The notes: generated by a model from the letters alone, not told the origin. A stretch of 64,000 nucleotides of DNA from an uncultured Gemmatimonadaceae bacterium (GCA_963817955.1 CAWFQK010000004.1:1647991-1711990); one strand, 5' to 3'; positions 9,304-19,570 are shown, counted from the first letter of the stretch. Translations and numbers: made by a program.

Positions 9304-11778
9304 TCAATCGGCCTTCAGTGAATCGGCTGGATTCGCGCGGGCCGCGTGCCGCGCCGGGATCCACATCGCGACCGCCGCGACCGCGAGCACGCTCGTCGCC
9401 GCTACGGCGATCATCGACGGATCGCGCGGCGTCACCTCGAACGTCAGGCTTCCGAGCAGTCTCGAGAACGCGACGAAGACGAGGACGCCCGCGGCGGCGC
9501 CAGCGATGGCGATGCTCGCGCCTTCGCGCAGCACCAGCCATGGCGCCGAGGCGGGATCGAAACCGACGGCGATGCGAATGCTGATCTCGCGCGCGCGTAG
9601 CGCGACGACGTATGCGATCGCGCCGTACAATCCGACGATACCAAGCACCAGCGTGGCCGCGGCACCGACACCGAGCATGATGAGCGCAAACGTCATGCTG
9701 GCGCGCGAGTCGGCCACGGTCTGTTCCATGCTCGCCGGCCGGTGGAACGGGAGATTGGGGTCGAGCGCGCGCAGCTCTCGACGCAGCGCATTCGCGATCT
9801 CGGGAACAGGCGTTCGTGTTCGCACGACGAAGGCCAGGTCGCGTGTCGTCGTCTTGGCGGTCGTATCTCCATTCGGCTCCGCCGGGAAATAGACCTCGGG
9901 CACCGCGGGCAGCGTGAGCGTCGAATCGCGTACGTCGCCGACGACGCCGACGATCGTGAACCACGGTCCAGTCGCCGACGAGCGAATGCGCTTCCCCACT
10001 CCGGTGCGCCCCGTCTGGTCGTGCCACACCTGCTCGACATACTTCCGGCTTGCCACTGCCTCGAGCGCACCTCGGCGCACATTCGCGTCGTCGTAGGTCC
10101 GTCCGGCGATGAGTGGAATGCGCATTGTCTCGAAGTAGCCGCTCGACGTGGACGTCGCCTGCACGATTGGGGGCAGGTCGGTGTTCGACGTTCGCCCGTC
10201 ATCACCCCAGACGGTCACGCGATACGGAAAGCCTTCGATCTCGAGTGGCAGCTTCGCCGTCGTCGCCACCGAGGCAACGCCAGGCAATTGACGGAAGCGA
10301 GCAATCGCGTTGCGGTAGAAGGCAGCGGCATCCTCGTCGTGTCGATAAGACGCACCAGGGAGAAACGTCCAGAAGGTGAACACGTTGGACGCCTCGAATC
10401 CTGGACTCACGTGACGCAACCGCAGCATGCTGCGTCCGAGAATGCCGGAACCCGCGAGCAGCGCAAGCGACATCGCGACCTCGACGCCGACGAACACCGC
10501 ACGTAGCCGGCGTGCCGAGCGGGAGTCGGTCGCCGTGCGGCCGGCGTCGCGTAGCACGGACATAGTTGCATGGCCGCGCCCGCGCAGCACGCCGATGAGC
10601 GCTGTCACCAGCCCGAAGGACACCAGGAACAGCGCCGCGATACCAACGACTGGTGCATCGATGCGCACTTCGTCGAGCCGCGGCACGCCCACGGGCGCGA
10701 TTCGCACGAGCAAGTGCAACGCGAACCATGCGATGATGAGACCGAGCACAGTGCCAGCGGTCGCGACGAGTCCACCCTCGAGCAGCAGATCGCGCCACAC
10801 GGTTCCGGCCGACGCGCCGAGCGCGCGGCGCACGGTGAGCTCGCGCTGACGCCACTCGGTTCGCACGAGCACGAGCGACGCGACGTTGCTGAACGCGACG
10901 ACGACGAGCAGCCCGACGACGGCCGCCGTCATCCACAGAATGCGATCGAACCCGGCGATGACGTCATCGCGCATGGCGTGCAGCACGGGTGCGATGCGCG
11001 TCTTCCGCATGACCATCGCCGTCGCTACGCCCGGCGCCTGCTCCGGAAAACGCTCGGCTGCACGTCCGAGAATGTGAGTGAGCTCGAGGCGTGCGGCCTC
11101 GATGGAGACGCCGGGTCGCAGGCGTCCGATACCGTCGAAGCCGAAAGTGCCGAGATAGAGCGGGTTCGTCGCGTCGAGTGGAATCCACACGGGCGTGCGC
11201 GACTCGGGAAACGCAAAGGCGTCGGGCATGACGCCGACGATCGCTCGCTGCACGCCGTTGATGTTGATGGGTTTCCTGAGGATCGCAGGATCGCCGGCAA
11301 AATGCGATCGCCACAAGCGTTCGCTAATGAGTGCGACACCGGGCGCCCCCTTGGCTGCGTCAGCGTCGACGAGAAGGCGGCCGATCATGGGACGCACGCC
11401 GAGCACGCCGAACACAGTGGGCGTCGTCCAGGCGGCCCGTACGCGCTCGGGCGCGACGTCGCTTCCAGTATAATTGAGCGTTGCCGCGAGCGTGACGAAG
11501 ACGCCCGTGGCTTCGAAGCTCCTGGTGCTCTCGCGATAGAGGGCGTACGTGCCGAGCGATTGCTTGGCCACCGGGATATCCACGCCTGGTAGCGTGTGCC
11601 ACATGCCGACGAGCCGATCCGCGCGCACATACGGCAGCGGACGCAGAATCACGGCGTTCACCAGGGCAAAGACGGAACACGCGGCGGCGACTGCCAACGC
11701 GATCGTCGTGAGGCTCGCCGCGGTGTAGGTGCGGGCGCGAGCGAGCGACCGCGCGGCGAAGCGAATCTGTTCACGCAT
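9304..11778 (-). CDS. ADOP-type duplicated ABC permease (2x MacB_PCD/FtsX)
   Basis: ILRPLPY, NVASLVLVR..RQRELTVRRALGA, GLYGAIAYVVALRAREISIRIAVG, IPARHAARANP. Confidence 0.9.
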   Translation of the reverse strand: MREQIRFAARSLARARTYTAASLTTIALAVAAACSVFALVNAVILRPLPYVRADRLVGMWHTLPGVDIPVAKQSLGTYALYRESTRSFEATGVFVTLAATLNYTGSDVAPERVRAAWTTPTVFGVLGVRPMIGRLLVDADAAKGAPGVALISERLWRSHFAGDPAILRKPININGVQRAIVGVMPDAFAFPESRTPVWIPLDATNPLYLGTFGFDGIGRLRPGVSIEAARLELTHILGRAAERFPEQAPGVATAMVMRKTRIAPVLHAMRDDVIAGFDRILWMTAAVVGLLVVVAFSNVASLVLVRTEWRQRELTVRRALGASAGTVWRDLLLEGGLVATAGTVLGLIIAWFALHLLVRIAPVGVPRLDEVRIDAPVVGIAALFLVSFGLVTALIGVLRGRGHATMSVLRDAGRTATDSRSARRLRAVFVGVEVAMSLALLAGSGILGRSMLRLRHVSPGFEASNVFTFWTFLPGASYRHDEDAAAFYRNAIARFRQLPGVASVATTAKLPLEIEGFPYRVTVWGDDGRTSNTDLPPIVQATSTSSGYFETMRIPLIAGRTYDDANVRRGALEAVASRKYVEQVWHDQTGRTGVGKRIRSSATGPWFTIVGVVGDVRDSTLTLPAVPEVYFPAEPNGDTTAKTTTRDLAFVVRTRTPVPEIANALRRELRALDPNLPFHRPASMEQTVADSRASMTFALIMLGVGAAATLVLGIVGLYGAIAYVVALRAREISIRIAVGFDPASAPWLVLREGASIAIAGAAAGVLVFVAFSRLLGSLTFEVTPRDPSMIAVAATSVLAVAAVAMWIPARHAARANPADSLKAD

Positions 11779-11844
11779 GACGCCCTCTTACCTTCGTGCC
11801 GTTGGTGGACGGTGGGGACAGCGTCGTGTAGTAGTCCCCTCGCG

Positions 11845-12195
11845 TCAGGAGGTTCCGCTCTTGACGTGACTCCGGACGTTGAGTGGGCGGATGCGCTGGA
11901 TATTCTTCGCGTCCGCCGAGTGCTGCACGTAGTAGATATCCCACACGAGCTGCGCGTTGAGCCACGACTGGCCGCTCGCACCGAACAGACGCTCAAGGCG
12001 GAGTGCCGTATCGGGCGTAACGCCCCTCTTTCCCTTGACGATCTCGTTCACGCGATTGAGCGGGACCTCGATGCGCTTGGCCAGCTCGACCTGCGTCATG
12101 GAGAGCGGCTTCAGGTAATCCTCCAGGAGAATCTCCCCTGGGTGCGCCGGTGGCTCGTGCGTAGGAATACGGACCATGATGTCCTCGCCATGCAA
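11845..12195 (-). CDS. higA: HigA-family antitoxin (XRE HTH), no adjacent toxin recognised
   Basis: PAHPGEILLEDYLKPLSMTQVELA..RVNEIVKGKRGVTPDTALRLERLFG..WLNAQ signature. Confidence 0.9.
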   Translation of the reverse strand: MHGEDIMVRIPTHEPPAHPGEILLEDYLKPLSMTQVELAKRIEVPLNRVNEIVKGKRGVTPDTALRLERLFGASGQSWLNAQLVWDIYYVQHSADAKNIQRIRPLNVRSHVKSGTS

Positions 12196-12442
12196 TTAGA
12201 TACCCATGGAATGAGCACTACCCTAGCTGTCGGACTACCCCGTGCGTTGAGCTTACCCCTAAAACACCTGCCTACCCGGTTCCCCGTCAACCATGGAACG
12301 CATGAAGCGTTGTGGGGCGTTGACCCCATCTTCACCACCCCGATCACCGGACTGACGTCGAGCATCTGGAGCGCATGGTTCAACGCTCCCGGCGATCCTC
12401 GACACGTCATCGGAGACTGTTTACGTTGCGGTAAGAGGCGCG

Positions 12443-12877
12443 ATGTCCACGCCCGAGGTTCCATCGGGCGGCGCCAGCGGATCACCGAGAGGTACGAGGG
12501 TTTATCCCGATGCACGAATGACGCGGTCGCATCACGCGTTTCTTGATAGACGTCCCTTGACTGAACTGATAGAGGCGCGGCAAACGAACGCAGAGTCGCG
12601 CTTGGTCGAGGCGATGCGCGAGCTCGCCGCGCTGCTCGAGAAGGAAGCGAGCAGCTTAGAGTGTGGACGACCGTCTGCCAGCTTGCTTGCAGTCGACCAG
12701 TTTCCGATTCGCTCGCTCGCCATGCGCATCGAAATGTGGCGCTCTGAAATGGTGCTGAGCTCGCGGCTGGGCACGGCCCTCTCGCGCGACTCCAAGGAGC
12801 GCCCTCGAACGGCGCACACCGCCAACGGTTCGCCGATCGCAACCGTCATTCCGCCAGATCCAGGCGGAGCGATGTGA
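12443..12877 (+). CDS. hypothetical protein
   Basis: Open frame with helical-looking composition filling an intergenic gap; no motif recognised. Confidence 0.3.
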   Translation: MSTPEVPSGGASGSPRGTRVYPDARMTRSHHAFLDRRPLTELIEARQTNAESRLVEAMRELAALLEKEASSLECGRPSASLLAVDQFPIRSLAMRIEMWRSEMVLSSRLGTALSRDSKERPRTAHTANGSPIATVIPPDPGGAM

Positions 12878-13061
12878 AGTGATCGCACCGCTCGCCGTTC
12901 AGCGATCCGCCGATAGCTTTGCGCAGTCGACAACGACGGACCTGCGCGCAAGACATTGACGCGAACCGCGCGACGAGGTCTCCGTGTGCGACATGTGGGA
13001 TCGTTGTAGGTGGCGCAGCGACGTACTTGCTCCTTCACGCCGGAACCCGTATTCTCCGAGT

Positions 13062-13289
13062 ATGGACTTTCGCGGCAGAATCACGATCGAGCCAGGCAAG
13101 CGGAGCGGCCAGCCGTGTATTCGCGGACTCCGCATCACCGTCGCAGATGTTCTCGACTATCTGGCGGGCGGCATGAGTGAGGATGACATTCTCACCGATT
13201 TTCCCGACCTCGAGCGTGAGGATATCCGGGCGGCTCTGGCCTTTGCGGCGGATCGCGAGCGCCGGCTTCGGGGCGACACCGCGGCGTGA
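13062..13289 (+). CDS. DUF433-family antitoxin (VapB45-like)
   Basis: RITIEPGKRSGQPCIRGLRITVADVLDYLAGGMSEDDILTDFPDLEREDIRAALAFAA; ATG 13062. Confidence 0.92.
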   Translation: MDFRGRITIEPGKRSGQPCIRGLRITVADVLDYLAGGMSEDDILTDFPDLEREDIRAALAFAADRERRLRGDTAA

Positions 13290-13645
13290 GCAGCTCGGGC
13301 TCTCCGCGCCTTCTCCTCGACCAGAATCTCGCCGCGAGCTTGGTCCGCCGTCTCTCCGACCTCTATCCCGAGTCGGCACACGTGCGTGAGATGGGCTTGG
13401 CCAGCGCCGACGACGAAACGATCTGGAATGTCGCCGCCGCGAACGGGTACGTGATTGTCACTAAGGACGATGACTTCAGACAACGGAGCCTCCTGCGTGG
13501 CCCGCCGCCGTACGTTGTCTGGGTGCGCTTGGGCAACTGCCGGACTGCCGAAGTCGAAGCGTTGCTTCGCGGTCGCGTTATCGATGTGCGTGCGCTCGTT
13601 GCGGACCCCGATGCAACCCTGCTCATCCTTTCGCATCTTCCCTGA
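13286..13645 (+). CDS. DUF5615/PIN-like toxin (VapC45-like)
   Basis: LLLDQNL, ASADDETIW, VIVTKDDDF, VVWVRLGNC; GTGA overlap with the DUF433 gene. Confidence 0.88.
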   Translation: MSSSGSPRLLLDQNLAASLVRRLSDLYPESAHVREMGLASADDETIWNVAAANGYVIVTKDDDFRQRSLLRGPPPYVVWVRLGNCRTAEVEALLRGRVIDVRALVADPDATLLILSHLP

Positions 13646-13726
13646 CTGCACGTCGAATTCTTGCGTCTCTGTTCGCTAGAAGATATGACTGGGCTGGTGA
13701 CGTTCGGCTGACCTCGTGAGGTCTCT

Positions 13727-13777
13727 ATTCACCTGAGGATCGAACTTGAGCGCGAAGAGGACGGGCGGTGGATCGCA
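13727..13777 (+). pseudogene. HicB-like antitoxin N-terminal relic
   Basis: IHLRIELEREEDGRWIA after a GAGG RBS, with ATT where ATG is expected; similarity stops after 17 codons. Confidence 0.55.
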
Positions 13778-13852
13778 CGGGGTGAACGCGGGGCGGTCGG
13801 TGTGGCACGACGCGGGTGGCTGTAGCCCAGCCGCTTCGTGCGGCCGCAACAG

Positions 13853-14590
13853 TCACGCCCGCTCTGATAGACGAGCCTTGGGCAATGAAGAAGAAGCGCT
13901 CGAGCCAGGCTCGCCATCACGGATGCCGAGATAGCTCAAAACGAGTCGCGTCACCTCCGCTACGAGCTCGGCGTGCGTGAGAGACGGTTGGCTTGGGATG
14001 TCGTTGAACAGCAGCCGCTCCTGAAGAATCGACGCCGCGGCGGACAGCGCGAACGGTACGGCGATCTCGGGATGCCGATGGGCGATGTCGGACGCGTGCG
14101 ATTCGAACAGACGCTGGAGATCCGCGTACGTGCCCGCGTTGAGCGCCGCGGCGCGCTTGCGGAAATCGGCGTCGGGATGCGTGCGGGCGTACAGCACGAG
14201 CGCGCGGAGCAATGGACGGTGCAATCGATAGCCCTCCGCGATTCCGGTGACGAGCGAGGCGGCGAGCTGCCGGAGCGTGGCCCGCTGGAGCTTTCCGGTC
14301 GCCAGGGCTCGGGCATTCGTCGCCGCGACGCGCTCGAAGTAGCGCGTGTACACGGCGCGCAGGACCGCGTCCTTGTCACGAAACCGCCGATAGACGATGC
14401 CGAGCGAGACGCCGGCACGATCGGCGATCGCCCGCAGCGTCGCCGCGTCGGCGCCGCCTTCGCGCAACAGCTCCTCGGCTGCCTCGAGCAGACTCTCGGT
14501 CGTGGCCTGGCTACGCTCCTGCTGCGCGGGCAGGGGCTGGTCGAGCAGATGTGACGCGCGGGCGGACCGCGACGGTTTGGACGGAGCCAT
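13853..14590 (-). CDS. TetR/AcrR-family regulator
   Basis: QQERSQATTESLLEAAEELL..ATLRAIADRAGVSLGIVYRRFRDKDAVL HTH. Confidence 0.92.
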   Translation of the reverse strand: MAPSKPSRSARASHLLDQPLPAQQERSQATTESLLEAAEELLREGGADAATLRAIADRAGVSLGIVYRRFRDKDAVLRAVYTRYFERVAATNARALATGKLQRATLRQLAASLVTGIAEGYRLHRPLLRALVLYARTHPDADFRKRAAALNAGTYADLQRLFESHASDIAHRHPEIAVPFALSAAASILQERLLFNDIPSQPSLTHAELVAEVTRLVLSYLGIRDGEPGSSASSSLPKARLSERA

Positions 14591-14643
14591 TGACAGGAAA
14601 TTAACGTGATCGTATGATCACATATACGTGATCGCTCGATCAC
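14590..14643 (+). promoter_or_regulatory. sigma70 promoter overlapped by two palindromic TetR-type operators
   Basis: TTGACA 14590-14595, 17 bp, TATGAT 14613-14618; GTGATC-N4-GATCAC at 14606-14621 and 14628-14643. Confidence 0.8.
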
Positions 14644-14690
14644 ATCATAGCACGCGCACCCGCGTTCGTCCATCGCTCGAGGATCTTCCC

Positions 14691-15827
14691 ATGACCGCGT
14701 CGCCGATCGTCGTTCCCTTCACGCTCCGGTTCGACCACATCCTTCTCGACGCACGGGTCAACGGCATTCCGGCCACGCTGGTGCTCGATACCGGTTCCGG
14801 GGCGAATGTGCTCGACGCCGAGTGGGCGACGCAGCTCAACCTCGCGGCGGGCCGTGCGGCGCAGGCGCTCGGCTCCGACCGCGTCTCGATCACCATGGCG
14901 ACGATCGACGCGTTGGAGCTGGGCGACGGCAGCGTCGCGTTGCGACACGAGACGGTCGCGCTCGTGCCGCTCGGCGAGGTGAGCGCCCAACACGGGCGGC
15001 ACATCCACGGCACGATCGGCTTTCCGTTCTTCATGAAGTACGTCGTCGAGATCGACTATGAGGCCCGCGTGCTTCGACTGTACGATCCGGCGGCGTTCAC
15101 GTACGAAGGGGCCGGATCGCGCATGGCCGTCGACCTCTCGATGCGCCTGCCGCTGCTCGACGCGGAATTCACCGGGCGTGACGGCACGTCCATGCCGGCG
15201 CGGCTGCTGCTCGACCTCGGGACGGGCAGCTACGCCTCGGTGCTCACGCGGCCATTCGTGGCTCGCCACGAGGACACCCTCACCGCCGGCCCGACATTGA
15301 GCCGTGTGCTCGGCACCGCGGTGGGTGGCTCGATCGTTGGCCGCGTCGCCGCTCTCGATGCGTTGACGCTGGGCGGCGTCCGGATTCCGAAGCCGATCGT
15401 CGCGCTCCCGGACGAGGGACGCGGGTTCTTCGCGGTGACGTGGGCCGACGGGACGCTCGGCGCACCGGTCCTTCGCCGCACGCGGCTCATCCTCGACTAT
15501 TTTCGTAAGGAAATCATCATAGAGCCTGGGCCGGGGATGAACGCGCCATTCGCGTATGACGAAAGCGGAGTGACCTTTCGGATGACAGGCTCCGAGTTTG
15601 AGAACGTCGTGATCGACGCCGTCGCTGATGGGTCGGCAGCGGCGCGCGCCGGGATTGCCGTTGGCGATACGCTGCGCACGCTCGATGGCGAGGCGGTGTC
15701 GGGGTCGTCGCTCGAGCGAGTCAGCACGTTGTTCTCGAGTCCACCGGCGAGGTACGTTTTGGGGCTCGAGAAGGAAGGACAGGCTCGCGACGTTCTGCTT
15801 GATCTCGAGGCGAGCGCTCTCGGTTAG
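14691..15827 (+). CDS. tandem retropepsin-like aspartyl protease with C-terminal PDZ
   Basis: LVLDTGSG..GTIG and LLLDLGTG..GTLG lobes; AVADGSAAARAGIAVGDTL PDZ-like. ATG 14691 after GAGG. Confidence 0.85.
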   Translation: MTASPIVVPFTLRFDHILLDARVNGIPATLVLDTGSGANVLDAEWATQLNLAAGRAAQALGSDRVSITMATIDALELGDGSVALRHETVALVPLGEVSAQHGRHIHGTIGFPFFMKYVVEIDYEARVLRLYDPAAFTYEGAGSRMAVDLSMRLPLLDAEFTGRDGTSMPARLLLDLGTGSYASVLTRPFVARHEDTLTAGPTLSRVLGTAVGGSIVGRVAALDALTLGGVRIPKPIVALPDEGRGFFAVTWADGTLGAPVLRRTRLILDYFRKEIIIEPGPGMNAPFAYDESGVTFRMTGSEFENVVIDAVADGSAAARAGIAVGDTLRTLDGEAVSGSSLERVSTLFSSPPARYVLGLEKEGQARDVLLDLEASALG

Positions 15828-15914
15828 CGGACTGTTGAACTACGCGTGCATCGCCAGCGCGGTGGCAAGAGAACTCGACGCGGGTCGCCATAGAGTCGCC
15901 GAAGAGGTGCATCT

Positions 15915-16440
15915 TCACGCCGCAATGAAGTGTTCAATTCTCGGAATGAGGTGGATGAACGCCGAAGGCAGCTGAACGTCTAGCGCAGCCAACTGGACGG
16001 TTGCCGAGGTCGCCTGATCGAATCCCGCAATCGGCTGATCGAACCCCAAAGTCGAATGACCGTTTGCCGAGGTCGAGTGAACGATCGCCGAGGTCGAGTG
16101 ACCGTTTGCCGAGGTCGAGTGAACGTTTGCCGAGGTCGAGTGAACGATCGGCGAGATGGTGTGGTCGATCGGCGAAATGAAGTGACCGATCGCCGAAATG
16201 GAGTGGTCGGTCGCCCAAATGGAGTGGTCGGTTCGCCCAAATGGAGTGGTCGATCGCCCAAAGGGAGTGGTCGATCGGCGAAATGACGTGACCGATCGGC
16301 AAAATGAAGTGGACGATCTCCGAAATGGAGTGGTCGATCGCCGAAATGGGGTGACCGATCGCCGAAATGAGCTGACCGAGCGCCGAAATGACGTGGACGG
16401 TCGTCGAAATGACGTGGGCGGCCTCCCAATCCAAGTGGCC
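15915..16440. repeat. degenerate 21-bp tandem array, about 25 units
   Basis: Units such as GATCGCCGAAATGGAGTGGTC and GTTTGCCGAGGTCGAGTGAAC; 15999-16440 is 21 units with one 22-bp unit; four weaker units upstream. Confidence 0.9.
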
Positions 16441-16467
16441 AGGTTTCCAAGCCGCCGGGCGCGGTTC

Positions 16468-17661
16468 TCAGTGAGGAGCCAGCGCTCGTACCAGCTCGTG
16501 GAAGTTCTCGAAACCATCGCCGGGCAAATCGATGCGGTTCGTGACCGCCATCATTCTCACCGCGACGAGACGCTGGTCGGGATAGATGTCGATGTATTGC
16601 CCGAACGAGCCACTGGCCTCGTACCCGATCATGCGGCCGAACTCTTGACGCTCCAGATTCATTCGGGTATGCGTACTGGCTTCGCCGTACGGCTCCCAGT
16701 ACTTCTCGCCGAACGCGGCGCGGAGACCCGCACCGAACGCTTCGGCCGATTCGTAACGCCCTCGCGCTGTCGTTGCTTTGCGGATGAAGGCCGAATCGGC
16801 TCCCGCCGCGGCGAGCGCACGAATGCGTTCGTCGTCGATGACGAACGTGGTGTGCTCTGGGATGAGCCACCACAGGAGCCCGATGCGCGGCTCGAGGGGC
16901 GAGCCACGCATGATCGCGTCGAACCACTCGGGCGCGATTAGCTGTGTTCCGTTCCAACGTCCACGGTCCAGCACCAGCTGGCCCAGCTTCGCCATGTCCT
17001 CCGGAAGAATCTGCAGGCGCGCGTACGAGTATGGGTTCCCGGCACTGTCTCGCACCCAGACGAAGTCGGTGATCCCCAGCGGGCCGAACACGTCGCTCCG
17101 GAGGAGCTCATCCATCTTCTTGCCGGATGCTTTCTGCACGATGCCGGCGAGGAGGTTCACCGCCTTGTTGTTGTAATAGGAGCGTGTTCCCGGTGCGTCT
17201 GTCAGTTCGGCCGCGAGCGCGAGCTGCACGACGTCAGGGCTCGACTCGACCTCCTGGCTTCCCTCGACCTGCATTCCAGAAGTATGGTCGAGCAACTGCC
17301 TGATCGTGATCGCCTGCTTCTTTCCCTGCTTCCATTCGGGATAGTACTTCGACACCGGGTCGTCGATCGACCGGATGGCACCCGTCGTCACGAGCCGGCC
17401 AATCGCGAGATTGACCACGGACTTCGTCGCGGACATCGCCTCGATGCGCTTTGGCGCCTTACCGAAGTACCAAGCGCCCACCTTCCGACCATCCTTCCAG
17501 ACGACGACGGCGTCGGAGTGCGCGGCCTCAGCGGCACGCAGGAGCTGTTGTAGCGCCGGCGCGTCGATGCTTCCGGACGAGGCCTGGCAGGATCCGCGAG
17601 ACGCCGTGGAGGCGATGAGGAGTGCCAGCGCGAATAGGGATCGCTTGATCATGCCGGACAT
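16468..17661 (-). CDS. serine hydrolase, class C beta-lactamase-like
   Basis: Signal peptide, SATK (SxxK), LLDHTSG, YNN (YxN), ASGSFGQYI. Confidence 0.88.
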   Translation of the reverse strand: MSGMIKRSLFALALLIASTASRGSCQASSGSIDAPALQQLLRAAEAAHSDAVVVWKDGRKVGAWYFGKAPKRIEAMSATKSVVNLAIGRLVTTGAIRSIDDPVSKYYPEWKQGKKQAITIRQLLDHTSGMQVEGSQEVESSPDVVQLALAAELTDAPGTRSYYNNKAVNLLAGIVQKASGKKMDELLRSDVFGPLGITDFVWVRDSAGNPYSYARLQILPEDMAKLGQLVLDRGRWNGTQLIAPEWFDAIMRGSPLEPRIGLLWWLIPEHTTFVIDDERIRALAAAGADSAFIRKATTARGRYESAEAFGAGLRAAFGEKYWEPYGEASTHTRMNLERQEFGRMIGYEASGSFGQYIDIYPDQRLVAVRMMAVTNRIDLPGDGFENFHELVRALAPH

Positions 17662-17776
17662 ACTCGCCCGTTACGAGCGCCGCAGCAATGGCGGGATAAG
17701 ACCCACGCGGGATCGTCCGCGTCCAAACCAAGAAGCTCGAGTGGCGCCGCCGCCGGCAATTTGCCTCCTAGGGATA

Positions 17777-17860
17777 TTGCATTTTGACTACTGGCACTAT
17801 TGCAAAGTGTCGATTGGCGGCGCTGCATTATGACTATTCGTGCCGTTGCACAATAGCGAC
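17777..17860 (+). promoter_or_regulatory. four phased YTGCA boxes, 23-bp period
   Basis: TTGCA 17777, TTGCA 17800, CTGCA 17823, TTGCA 17846 in a locally AT-richer patch. Confidence 0.6.
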
Positions 17861-17895
17861 CGCCCCTGCCCTCGTGCTGGCCCGGCCGGTGCCGG

Positions 17896-18198
17896 GTCCG
17901 CGACCTCCGGGTCTACGCCCAGGCGGCCGACGCGACGGTACTGCACTGCCGCGATAACACCGGCCTGGAGGTAGACGCGATCGTCGAAATGGCGGATGGA
18001 CGCTGGGGCGCCTTTGAGGTCAAGCTCGGCCAAAGCCGACTCGACGAGGCGGCGGCATCGTTGCTGACCTTCGCTGCGCGTGTGGATACCGCCAAGTGCG
18101 GGAAACCGGCGGCCCTCGTGGTGATTGTCGGCACGGGTTACGGGTACGTGCGGCCGGACGGAGTGGCAGTCGTGCCGATCGGATCCCTCGGCCCGTAG
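17896..18198 (+). pseudogene. C-terminal fragment of an AAA_14/DUF4143 ATPase (PD-(D/E)xK-like tail)
   Basis: VRDLRVYAQAADATVLHCRDNTGLEVDAIVEMADGRWGAFEVKLG..RPDGVAVVPIGSLGP*; no Walker A region upstream. Confidence 0.8.
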
Positions 18199-18593
18199 CG
18201 TCGCATGTCGGTCGTGTGAAGAGCCACCGGTCTGTTCCCTCACTCGGTATTGCAGTCGGAGCCTCAACGCTTAGCTCTTGGCCTTCCTTGCGCGTTGATG
18301 GCCATTCGTTTTGCTCAACGTCTCGTGACAGCCGCGCCGAACCCGATACAAGACTCCCTCAGGCGCGTGACGTTCGTGATTCTCGCGGTTGTCGCCACTG
18401 CGATACTCCCCACGTTGGCGCGGCTCCGTTTCCTCGAGCCACTCGAGTTTCTGCAGTATGAGTAGCAATCGTCGTCAGCAGCCGAACAACTACATTGTCG
18501 ACGGATCCGGCGTCATCATCTAACGTTCGAGTGGATTCAACGGCCCCGAGCTGCTGTTGAAACTGGCGACGCTTTTCCCGTGACCATGGATAC

Positions 18594-19517
18594 GTGACCA
18601 TATCTGCCAAGAGCCGAGCTGCCACAGTCTCGGTAGTATCGAACAGCACTCTCGTGCTGCTGAAGTTCGCCGTCGGATTCCTGTCTGGTTCGGTGAGCAT
18701 CATCTCTGAGGCGATCCACTCGGCGATCGACCTGTTGGCTTCCCTCATTGCATGGGTGTCGGTCAGCAAGTCCGACAAGGCCGCCGATGCGGAGCACCCA
18801 TACGGGCATGGAAAGGTCGAGGCGATATCGGGGGCCGTCGAAGCGGCGCTGATCATCGTGGCCGCGATCTGGATCGTGGTCGAGGCGGTGAGGAAGATCG
18901 CGCACGGCGGCGAGGTGGAGCACCTCGGCATCGGGACGGCAGTCATGGTCGTCTCCGTCATCGTCAACATCCTCGTGTCGCGGCATCTCTTCAGGGCCGC
19001 CAAGCGAGAGGACTCCCTGGCGCTCGAGGCAGACGCGCATCACCTGTCCACCGACGTCTATACGTCGCTTGGCGTCGCCGTGGGACTGGCCATCGTGTGG
19101 AGCGCGCGGACGTTTGCCGGCACCAATGCCCTCGACATCGTCGATCCACTCGTCGCCATGGCCGTCGCCCTGTTCATCCTGAAGATCGGCATTCAGTTGA
19201 CATTGAGTGCAGTCGGCCACCTGCTCGACCAGAGCCTGCCCGCGGACGAACTGCAGAAGATCGAAGCCATCTTCAGGAGTCATCAGGAGGTACTGGAGTG
19301 GCACAACTTGCGAACACGCAAGTCGGGCAGCCAGCGCTATGTGGACGCGCACGTTACGCTGCGCGCGGACCTGACCCTGAGCATGGCACACGCTGCGGCA
19401 CACCAGATGGAGCAGGCGATCAACACAGCCCTGCCATCGGCACAAGCCACACTTCACGTGGATCCGCCTGAGGTTCTGCCGCTGCATCGTCGGCCCAACG
19501 GCGTGATACCGGCATAG
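18594..19517 (+). CDS. cation diffusion facilitator (FieF-like)
   Basis: SEAIHSAID, HPYGHGKVE, ALEADAHHLSTD, LRTRKSG. Confidence 0.92.
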   Translation: MTISAKSRAATVSVVSNSTLVLLKFAVGFLSGSVSIISEAIHSAIDLLASLIAWVSVSKSDKAADAEHPYGHGKVEAISGAVEAALIIVAAIWIVVEAVRKIAHGGEVEHLGIGTAVMVVSVIVNILVSRHLFRAAKREDSLALEADAHHLSTDVYTSLGVAVGLAIVWSARTFAGTNALDIVDPLVAMAVALFILKIGIQLTLSAVGHLLDQSLPADELQKIEAIFRSHQEVLEWHNLRTRKSGSQRYVDAHVTLRADLTLSMAHAAAHQMEQAINTALPSAQATLHVDPPEVLPLHRRPNGVIPA

Positions 19518-19570
19518 AGATCATCGGCCGGCATTATCTCCAGCTTCTCGACACCGACACCACAGACAGC

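Noticed and set aside
12222..12231. CCTAGCTGTC match to the PadR operator upstream of higA and the first permease
   Set aside because: Only 10 bp with no right arm; could be chance.
15915..16440. CRISPR array
   Set aside because: Units are contiguous and degenerate with no unique spacers; no cas genes in the window.
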